Origin: Glaucostegus cemiculus
Taxonomy: Eukaryota
Direction: 5' to 3'
Assembly (NCBI GenBank): GCA_976551045.1
Contig: CDPCPM010000037.1
Span: forward strand, 18,352,001-18,416,000
Length of the DNA: 64,000 bases
Shown here: positions 1-49,600 of the stretch, one piece after another
Layout of the letters: every line of letters begins with the position of its first letter
How positions within the stretch are numbered: the stretch's first letter is position 1
The notes under the pieces: generated by a model
What the model saw: the letters and a program-made list of their open reading frames with translations, nothing else
What the model was told of the DNA's origin: nothing
Database searches by the model: none
Position numbers and translations under genes: made by a program

Positions 1-690
1 GACACATCTGTGGGAAGACAAACGGAGTCAATGTTTCAGGTCCAAGTTCCTTTGTCAGAACTGGGAAGGAAAGAGGATTGTTAAACTGGAGTGACAGGGG
101 TGGAGGGGGGTCTGTCTCTGATAGGATTAAACTGGGGTGACCATAGGGATAAACTGTAAACAAAGTTATCCAGATAATGAGTGATTGGGAAAGCTAGAGG
201 ATAAGAACATAGACAAAAAAATAAAAGGATGTAGAGGTTGTAGACTGGGCATGTCCTCCCCTTGGGGAGAGGGGAGAAACAACAGCTCTTGCATTCCAAT
301 ATCCCTCTGGATCATTCTTCCCTTTCACTTTCCTCAGACCCCCATCTCTCCCCACAGTCCCACCCCTGCCATGTTTTCATCACCCTTCTGATCTCCTCTC
401 TAATCTCTCAGAGGCCTCAGCTTTGTCCCCCTATGTCCTCATGCCAATGAATTCTGAGCTTGACATGATGTGGAACTCTCCTTCTGCTGCCTCTGCCTCC
501 ATGCCCATTTCTTTGGCCAGGATCCTTCACCACAAATCGTGGATCCTTTCACCTGTCTTCAGTACTCCCAATCACCCAGGCCCCTCCCTCTGGCTGCCTA
601 CCCTCTCCAGATCCATTCACTGCTAACTACCAACACAACATTGACCCTCTTGACTTTTCCATTTCACTTCACTTCCCCTTTCTGGAGTTT
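1..690. mobile_element. Penelope-like element remnant: inverted terminal segment (1-290) and decayed ORF N-terminus (+, ~370-680)
   Basis: Translates to RGLSFVP and ELSF..LHAHFFGQ..DPFT.LQ, resembling PLE ORF N-termini; 1-65 matches the palindromic arm seen at 29.6 and 44.1 kb. Confidence 0.6.
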
Positions 691-779
691 CAGATCTTGA
701 AGAAAGGCTCAGGATTTACAAGCATCTATAGTAAACTTTCTCACAGAAAATACTTTAAATTTGACCTGTGAATTGCTCA

Positions 780-2607
780 GGAACAATTAGTCTTTAATTT
801 ATTGCAAGTGTACTTAATTACAATAATTGGCCTTTGAAGGTACAGACTATCTTATATACAAATGCATGTTAACAGAAGAATAATACCTTGTATAATATAC
901 TTGTGATTATGTAAAATAACAAGTAGCGCCAAAGAAGATACACTGATATTTAAGGGGTTTCTCAAAACTAAGGCATTATTTCATGCTGAATCCAACTATC
1001 TGTCAATCTTCAGACAGCTTTCATCAAATGCAGTTAAGCTCTAAATTATCTTAGACTGTTGCTATTTTCAGCAATTACATAACATGGCCTAAAAGCAAGG
1101 CTAAAACACAGCTGCACTTGAGCAGTACTTTCTTGTCATAAAACAGGTGCCATGATTTGAGTGAGAATTATTACTGAAATACACCAATAATGAAAGAGAA
1201 ACAAAAATATAATTAAAACTGCATTTGAAATATTATTCTTTGCTGTAAGTATCAGGCTCATCAAATTTTTTTATTAGTTTTGTTTTATTTCATTATGTAG
1301 ATGGAACAACAAGATGTAAGTATTTATACGAGTAAACAGTAATTTTGTCTTTTAACATAGATACATACATTTGGATGCACAATCACAACAAAAATTGCAC
1401 TAAAACAGTGTTTGAACAGTGCTTACTTCAGTAAATAATTACAATACTCAGCACTGCAACAAAGTTCAGTTTTTTTCTGATTTACAAACATAACTTATAA
1501 ATTACATATCTTTCAGTGAGGCAAGAATGCCACTAATGCCCTGATCCCAAGTATTAATGACCTGAGACTTCAACAAATTCAAACACAGTTCAGTATCTGG
1601 AATGTGTTAAACTATGGCAGGACTCCAGTACATTGTACAGAAGTCTGCAATTGCTCTTTCCTTTTGTACTTACTGTCCTAGAAATGATGAGTGGTTTACT
1701 CCAATGACTTTTTTTACCTGTTTTATTTTGTCCAATGGAGAACTAATGAAATAGAACCACAACATAATTCTGTAAACCTGCTGTTGCTGTAAAAAGGCTG
1801 TAAACGTCCTATATTAAAATTTCTTATCATTTCATCTTATTTGAAACTGTTCAAATTATTCAGAGGAAGGCTTCTAACTGCATCATTCTACAATACATTT
1901 AAGTTCGCAGACTATGCTGATCCCAAATCCAATGTCACATAACAGACACATAGACTTACAAAATAAATATACATCAATCACAAAAAATGGCTCTTAAGTA
2001 TTACAGTAAGGACTCTTTAAATTAATTTTCTTAAATATCAAATAAATAGTAGTTAATTCATAGTTTTGCTTTAGTGGTGGCAAATGTCTGAAAAATATTT
2101 TCATGAATAGGAAAAAATATTAATAATATCAGAGCACTTTCTGAAAAATTATCAAAACATGTCAGTTATAAAATATTCTCACTCCACATAAAAAGGGAAT
2201 AAATCACATTAATAAAGTAATAAATAATACAATACAAAAATAACTTGACTCGTGTTAACTTCGTAAAACAGCTTAAACTGGAGCAACATAAAAAATATTA
2301 CTGTTTTCATGCACTCCAGCAACATGTTTTTTTTAAAATTCAGTTTTATCTGGATTAAAAACAAAGTTAAATAAATAGACAAACATTAAATAAATAGGAA
2401 GAGTCAACATACAGAATAGTTTACATATTTGCTTTCCAGATTCAATTTAAACGTTATTTTAAAATTTACACAATAAGGTTACGGACTACTTGTTCTAAAC
2501 AAGTGCAATTTCTATGTTCGTAATTGCTATAAATATTTCTAAACCAATATCAATCACAAATGTACTGTATTTACAGTATACTTGAACAGTTCATATACAA
2601 TGTTTTT
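780..2607 (-). other. myt1: Probable myt1 3'UTR (~1.8 kb, U-rich, repeat-free)
   Basis: U-rich tract with no recognisable TE after the stop codon; it ends at AATAAA overlapping ATTAAA just before a TE. The end position is inferred. Confidence 0.6.
793..803 (-). terminator. Candidate polyadenylation signal (AATAAA 798-803 with overlapping ATTAAA)
   Basis: minus strand cacttgcAATAAATTAAAgac; other AATAAA copies occur nearer the stop. Confidence 0.5.
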
Positions 2608-41652
<39,045 letters not shown>

Positions 41653-41909
41653 CTGTAACACCAAACTTTTAGTTAATGGACTATAGGTTTACTATTCTCT
41701 CAAACATGTGCAAATTGTGCTATAAAAAGTTGTGTCAGTTTTTGAAGACATGCATGAGAAATTCCTACAACTTTATCATAAATTGTTATGGTATAAATCT
41801 TTAAGATACTCAAAGAAAATGCATCCCTTCATTAGTGTAATGGAAGTTCATTTTTTTAATCTTAATTTTTCAGCTAAAACAGCAGAATGAGTAAATTGAT
41901 GCAAAAAAT

Positions 41910-42125
41910 GACAATAGCAATTTGCATTTCTACAGCTCTCCTGATGTTTAAAAACCTCTCAAGATTCATTGTAGTACAACAAAGTAGATGTTAAGCCAAT
42001 AGAAGTGATATTAGAATGATGTGGTCAAAGAAGTGGATTTTAATGAGCGTTAAAAAGGACAGGGAGATGAGGAAGTAAGGAATTCAGTGAGGAAATTCCA
42101 GAACTGACACCTAAACAGCTGTAAT
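41910..42125 (-). mobile_element. L2-like 3' end
   Basis: Similar to 46443-46630 (ggtcaaagaag..ttttaa..gag). Confidence 0.55.
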
Positions 42126-43333
42126 TAAGACTATCAAAATATCAAGCATTTTAATGATAACATTGTTGATAATGATTACTGGGCTATACTTTTCAAAGTA
42201 ACTCGCATATAATTAAGATTAGTTAATATTTAATATTAAGGCCAGAAAAGTGCCATGCTGTGTTATTACATCAGCAATAACAGAAATACAATTAATTTCT
42301 ATTTTTAGTGTAAATTCCCATTGGTAGAATGGTTTGCACTTACTGCAGTGGAGCAGGTGTGAGATAAGCTGCAATTCTATTTATTAGCCTTTCAAAATAC
42401 AGCACTTCAGCATTTTGATGATCTCAGAGGGTTTTTTCACAATAGACATATTATTTTTCATTACAGAGCCGTAAGTTCAGCTAAATGACTTTTTAACATT
42501 TTATTCGCATATATATGGAATTTGGCAGCAATGCAAATTATATATACTATGACTTTGCAATTGCTGTTTTCAGCAAATAAATTATTCAATTGATGCCACG
42601 TAAAATTCTAATGAGTAATACACAAGACCTGCTAAATTTAAATATATGTTGGTATGCCAGGAACAAATAATATGGTACACATTCCCTGAATTTTAATAGA
42701 AAGAAGCTGAGAAAATTTGAGAAAGATGGTTTCTAATACATGCTTTATATCAAAGCACTCTAAATCATAAATGTTTTTATATAAATTATATATATGAGTC
42801 TGCAGACTTTGTGGATGTAGACACTCAATGGTCTTCTAAAAATTCTGGTATATTGTCAGAAGTGATCTATTGTTTTAATGTTGTGCCAGTCCTTTGAACT
42901 TGTCTTACGTATTAACTTTGTAAATTTAGCAATAATCAATTAAGTTTCCGTCTGTGAGTGGCTGAAAAACATAAAATTACCAAATGATCATGGGAATTAA
43001 CACAATAATTAAAGTTAGACAATAGGATCTTAAATGTCAAACTTCCATAATTTTCAGGTTGCAGTACTTCTACGTTAAATGCAAGACAAAAAAAACCCTC
43101 CAGATCCAATATTGCATTCTAATTGGGTTGTTGTTCTGAAGACAACTCTATAATATCTGTGTGAAGCAGATTGTTGAGTACATTATAAGCAATGTATATA
43201 CTGTATCACATTTATAGTGTTTACATGTCAATTTGCATGAGCTGCAACCAAGACCATAACAGGATTCCATCATTATTTTCAATATTACCTCAACAAATAT
43301 ATATCACTGAGAAAGAGGAAACCCTTTTGTCAC

Positions 43334-43440
43334 CTTGGTGTGTTTGCTGTGCAGGCTACTGGGTGTTTCACAAGTGCTGAGCTTCTCAGTACTGCCGTTG
43401 GTCCAAGTCTGTTTCAGCAGCTCACCTCTAAATTCATTTT
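43334..43440 (-). other. myt1: Candidate myt1 5' exon (107 nt; internal donor gives a 15-nt form)
   Basis: tgttttatcttaaatcacag|AAAATG...CCAAG|gtgaca; internal GAG|gtgagc at 43426; GC-richer than its flanks. Confidence 0.6.
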
Positions 43441-44009
43441 CTGTGATTTAAGATAAAACAAGATTATTCTGTTTTTATACAAAACAAAGAAACTCTGTGA
43501 CTTCTCAAAAGTCAATTTATAGTCAACTTGAACACATTCTGAAAATTTGCCAAGCTTCGTGAGAGAAAAATGCCTTGTGTATGGTGAGTAACATGCAAAC
43601 TAGCTATTTGGCCATCAGTGGCACAGCTGCTACCCTACGAATCCTGCATAATATTAATGAGATCACTCATCTCTTTTTAATTATTCTTCCAGCTCATTGT
43701 ACAAATGATTGAAATTGCATTTTAAATCTATATCAAGCAATAACATTTACTAGTAACTTATTCACATCATTTGACTGTTGCACAACTTAATTCAACACCC
43801 CACATTTTCTATTCTATCTTCCAATAAGCAATGCAATTACATTTCAAACAAAACGTTATTAAAAAGATACTGCATTTGAATTACTAGGACTGGGGAGTTT
43901 CAAGATAAAGTTTACCCCACGTACAACAATGTAAGAATCAGGAGCAGCAGTAGGCCATCCAGTTTTTTGAGCTTGCCCTGCCATTTATTAAAATTGGGGC
44001 ACAGCTGAA

Positions 44010-44192
44010 AATCAAAAAGAACTGCAGTAAATCAGAAACCAAAAAAAAAAGAAAATGCTGGAAACACTCAACAGTTCCGGCAGCATCTGTGGTATGAGTG
44101 TGATGAAATATATTCAACCTGAAGCATTAACTTTTTTCTTTCTGCAGCTCCTACATGACTTGCTGAGTGTTTCCAGCATTTTGTTTTGTTTA
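44010..44192. mobile_element. Palindromic Penelope-derived element nested in CR1
   Basis: aaaatgctggaaacactca / tgagtgtttccagcatttt inverted arms. Confidence 0.7.
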
Positions 44193-44544
44193 ATGGCTGA
44201 TCTTGAACCTCAGTTCTGCTTTCAAGCATTAACCCTATATTCTTTGATTTCATTAAATCCAGAAGTCTACTAATCTTTGTAAAATGAACTCAATGTCTGA
44301 GCATCTACAGCCCACCAGGATACAGAATGCCAAAGATTTACCACCCTCGGAGTGAAGAAAATACCCAAATGGCCTACCCTTTATTCTAAGACTGTGCCCC
44401 TTGGCTCCAGATTCCTCAACCCGGGAAACATCCTCCCTCCTCTAGCTGGACCTGAAAATACTTTGTAAGATTAAATGAGATCACAGCTAATCCTTTTAAA
44501 CATAGGCCTATTTGACTCAATTGCTCTTCATGCGGCAAACCTGT

Positions 44545-44840
44545 CATCAGGTTAATCTCACTCCCAGACGGGCAATCCCATTTAGTCCAATTCCCTTCCA
44601 ACTTTCTTGCATCCCTCCAACTTATTCTTTTTCCCACATATCAATAACTCCTCTTTGATTCTTTTTACCATTAATTTACAGTTGTCCATTAATTTACCTG
44701 CACATCTTTAGCATGGGGATTAGAAACTAGAGACCCCCGAGGAAATCTGGGTGGTTACCAAGAAAGCAGGTAAACTTCACAAAGACTGTACCCAAGGTCA
44801 GGTTCGAAACTTGGTCCTTGGAGCTGTGAGGCAGCACTCT
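44545..44840 (-). mobile_element. V-domain SINE nested in CR1
   Basis: aaggtcaggttcgaaac..ggagctgtgaggcagcac, similar to 10170-10220. Confidence 0.65.
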
Positions 44841-46442
44841 TGTACTCAAATCCACTCATAAAAACTGTGTCCTGATTACTAGTTGCTCCCTCATGTATTC
44901 TGGGCCTCTTTGCGTATCAACATTTACCAAAATGTCACCATTTAAAGTACACTCTATTGCACTATTTTGTGCACTGAGATGGAAGATCTCACATTTTATC
45001 ACATTGTGTTCCCTTTGCCATGTTCTCACCACTCAGATGGTCCATATCTCTTTGAAGCTTCTCTGCATCCTTTTACCTATTGGTAATTCCATCCCCCCCC
45101 ACACCTAGTTTTGTATCATCAGTAAACTTAGACGTATCCTATTTGGATCCCTTAAATAAATTGTTGATGTAGATTGTGACTACCTAGGGCCCAGGCACTG
45201 ATCCTTACTGGAAGGTGGTAACCTACTTGTTACAGCTTCCAAACTGAGAAAGAGCTGTTTATTCCCACTCTCAGCTTTGTATCTTTTAACCAATTCTCAA
45301 TCCATGCCAGTATATTATCACCAATTCCATGTTCTCCAACACTATTATCCACCTCCCATGTAGAGCCTTATCAAAAGCCTTCTGAAAACCTAAATACAAC
45401 ACCAAATGGTGACCCAAAATCTATTCTGATTGTCACAACCTCAAAAGAACTCCAATAGTTTAGTCAAACATGACTTCCCTTTCATAAATCCACAGTGTTT
45501 CTGCTCAATCCTTTTTATTCTTTTCTAGTTAACTACATTCTTCAATGTAGACACGTTAGAGATCATAGACATATAACTTTGTAAAAGCTGGTAGTGTGTT
45601 TGCAGTGGTGGATGTTTTAAAAACTGCTGGTACCAGTAATTACATTTGACATTTTACTTCAGATGGTTTGGCATTTCACATATCCAAAAAAAATCCATTG
45701 ACAAGCTTAAGACCCAGAAATGAATGCTGCAGAGAAATTTTTGGAGGTACATTTTCTGTTTGCCGACAAGAAGTAAACAGCTCTCATACAGCAGAGCACA
45801 CTTTCTAATCTGACTCAAGGATGTTCAGATGCATAAAAGGTTCAAGATCATTCAATTGTGTGCATGGAACTTAAGAGACTAAAATCAAGCAATTTACCAG
45901 TACAGACTAACTGATATTAACCTTTCTGCTAGGACAATTAAAGAATTGGTATAGGAATATATGGATAAAAATGGGAAGAATCTCACACCTCATTGATCTT
46001 CACCACAAATACAAAAGTACATTTCCACTATTGTCCTTGTCACTATTTCTACCATTCCCATTGAACAGGTAATTCACCAGGTGGAGAATTAATTGTTTCT
46101 CTTTCCATAATCTAATCATATATATATGCAGGTAGAGCTTCCAACAGCTGTCATCTCAGGTCTAAAGTTTTTCACAAATAATCATTACGTTTTCACTGCA
46201 CTGAAAAATATGGGTGCCAGACATCTTAATGTCCTGGATTTCCAAGTTCAAGACTATGTACCATATGATTTATCCAGACCTTCATGTTGCCAAGAAACTT
46301 CAGCAAAAAGGTACTTGCAACTATGTGTACAGCTCCTCCCTCAGGTATTCACTGACAAGACCACCAAAGGTGGACTCATCCTTTTTTCTCAACTCCATGA
46401 CTTTGTTTAATCCTAGAGTTTCAGATGGGCAGGAATAAACTC

Positions 46443-46630
46443 AACAACAGCTTCCATTTATGTAGCAACTTTAACTTCCAAGGGAGTTCAGAAGAGTGTT
46501 AACAAAGAAAAGATGAAGCTGTGACACATAACGAAACATTAGGTCAGTTGACCAGAAGCTTGATCAAAGAGACATGTCTTATAGAGGATCCTTAGGGAGG
46601 GAAGGTAGGTAGAGGAGGAGAGATTTTAGA
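46443..46630 (-). mobile_element. L2-like 3' end
   Basis: aacaacagcttccatttatgtagcaactttaac...gaccagaagcttgatcaaagag. Confidence 0.6.
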
Positions 46631-49600
46631 AGCTTTCATTTCATATTCAAGATCTTTAAGTCAAGAAAGAGAATAGCTGTGCATGTCTTAGACGCTACAA
46701 GCCTAACATGACTTGAAAATCAAAGTGTTCCGCACCATTACCTAGACCTAACAGACTCCTTTTTCTGGGTTCTTAATGAGACAACTTGATTAAGCAAGCA
46801 TCAATAGGTTTTTCAGATAGAAGGAAGGAACCATAAACTTTCTTGTCTACCTATTATTTACACATACACAAGGGGATATTTTAAATCACTTCCTGTGGTA
46901 GACCAAAAACTTAATTGTAGTGTTTTTGTCTGTTTACACAAAATGAAAAAAATATTATTTATGTTGCAGTCTATGAAATAAATAATGACCAGTATTTCAG
47001 ATTTTTTAATTTTTTTCCACATACAAAGTATGAGCCAATGTTGAAGAGTAACAAAAATGCAGTCCCACTATTGATATAATTCTGCATTACATAGTTCAGA
47101 TATCAGTAGTCAGATTTTATTGATTTTACATAACAAAAGCTCTAATTTAATGGGTCTATTTTTGGCTATCTTAAATAAAAGGAAAAGGTTATTGGGAAAA
47201 TTGCAAAGAAAAAGAATAAAATAAAATCAACAGTTAACCGATCAGTAAGTATTTATATAGCTTGTTTTTTGACTGAGACACTTAAACTTAGTGATACTTG
47301 AAACAAAGCACTGTACTCCTACCTAAACACTACCAGTTCAAGCCTCGGCAAAGATCAACATTCATGCTAGTCAGAACTAAAAGAAGTTGTTTCCTTATGG
47401 TGACACTTCAAAACAGTTACTGATTACCTATTTTAAAAAGTATTCCTCACTGTGGAGAAAGTGCAATTTGATAGGCTAACAGTATCTGAAGGATTAAATG
47501 GGGCAAAGTCTTCCTGTGTAGAAAATTACTGATGTTTTTCCACTTCTGCATGCGAGTTTTATATTTTCTCATTCTGTGCTAATACTAAAAAACAAATGCC
47601 AATAAAATTCATTTTTATTTTGTGTAATTCTTTATCATTTACCATATTTTTACAACTATATCCTTCAATTTTGTACATTTATAATTTAGCTCCAGTAATT
47701 TACAAGGGAATTTATTTACAAGGGAATTACACAGGTTCCAGTGATAATACTCAATTTTCTTGAATGTACGTATACTTCAAATTATTTTTTGATAAAAAAC
47801 AGAGAACAATGTACAACTTTAACCAACATAATTGTCAATCTTTCCTCTTTCTTAAGCCATTGCAATTTCCTCAAAGGTAATTTTTCACTTGTATGAAAGA
47901 AATTATATATCTAGAATCATATTCATTTGTATTTATCACAAACTTTCAGTTGCACATATAGATTTGTCAGTATAAATGTATGGCATTTCCCCAAAAGCTA
48001 TCTAGTTTGTTGGAAATACAAGCGTGCATATGTTTGGTGGACTGTATTGTGCCTATAAATAATCAGATATTCCTTTTTCTGTCCTTACTTTCCCATGTGA
48101 AAATTTCCTCAAACTTTGCTCTCAATCCAGGGTAAAGCACTTATCCAGAAATCACTACTTATGCACCGCATATGGTTAATTTCCTAGGTGCAGCAGCAGA
48201 CTTGACTGCAACCCCATCTGTTCCTTTTCCCAGAAAACAAGAGAAAGGAATAGGACGCAGCTGACAACTTACCTCCTGCACAGATGTACACACCAACAAA
48301 AATTAAACAAACTTTGGATTTTTGATTATGTTGTGTCTTTACATTAACAAACTACTTTATATCAGTCAATTATTATCTTTAGTAATATAATTTACTCCCT
48401 GGTTTGTTATTAGGATCAAATAATTGTGGTAAAATATAAGGCAGGTTTTTGTAGAACTTGCATCAAAAGCATATAAAAAGTGCTTCTGGTATGCGTCCAT
48501 GTTAGGTAGTAAGCTTCAAAGAGATGGCATGGTGCATTTTCATTGCATTTGAGTTATATTTTATGCATAGAATTTGAAAGCATTATGCTGTTTTTTTCAG
48601 GGTTATGCAATTGAAAATTGATTTTTCCCTGAGTAAAACACAATAACATCTACTTCCAGGTCATTCCACACCATTCTAGAGATTTAACCAGGCACTTGCC
48701 TGTATGTGAAACCCTTGTGTGGGAACCAGAACTAAGCTGTTCCTACTGCATTCATCATTGATCAGTCATAGGACAATTGTTTTACTGTTGCAGCACTGGA
48801 CTAGCATATGTGTAAAGTAAGTCTCTGACTTGCCTTTGAATCCTCTGCCCCCCATCCACAGCATAGCTCTGACCATCCCCTGATCTCACTCCTGATCAAG
48901 CAAGGCATGTTCCCACCCTTGACAACTCTCCAGTTTCCTGACAGGGATTACCTTCTGATCTCCTGATGGTCCTGATCCCTTTAGGCCCCTCCCATCCTGT
49001 GAAATTCTAAATCTCTTCTGCTCCTTCCACCAACCATTCTCTTCTTCCTATTCCAGCTGTTTTATCCCCCCCGCCTTCACATTGTGAAACAATGCCAAGC
49101 CCTGAACCTTGTGGAAGATACCCCTCTGGATGTTGAAACCAGACTCTGATCATTGGTAAATATTCTCCACTTCTTGCTTCTTGGCCCCTGGTTCCTGGCT
49201 TTGATCATTGGTGGAAATTTCCCTTCCAGTTACTGATCATTCTTGAAAAACTTCCTCAGGAACTTATTTCAGTGGCATTCTGACCCCAATCCTCATCCTC
49301 CAGCCACTGCCCCTCTCTCTGTGCTGTTCCCTGTCACACATTTTCCATGAGAAATAACACAACTCCCTTTAAATTATGCCTGAAATTTGCAGTAGGCAGT
49401 CCTTCAACTGAAACAATTGTTAATGGCTCACTGTAACACTGATCTAGTACATGTATATGGATACATTAGAATTTCTTGACTAATTGTTATGCAGGCTTAA
49501 TAATACAATAATAAACAGCTAATGTTCATTTTGGAATAGAGATCAGTACTAAAATGGTTACATCCATACAAACTGTCCTCCTGATGTCTAACACAGTTTT

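Larger units (their letters stand above)
43932..45530 (-). mobile_element. Decayed CR1-type LINE with two nested inserts
   Basis: Related to 4625-5860; reverse-strand SKTDDTK and FQKAFDK remnants. Confidence 0.75.

Noticed and set aside
46126-46438. Overlapping plus-strand ORFs (94 and 74 aa)
   Set aside because: No recognisable domain or splice structure; possibly a decayed TE that I cannot assign.
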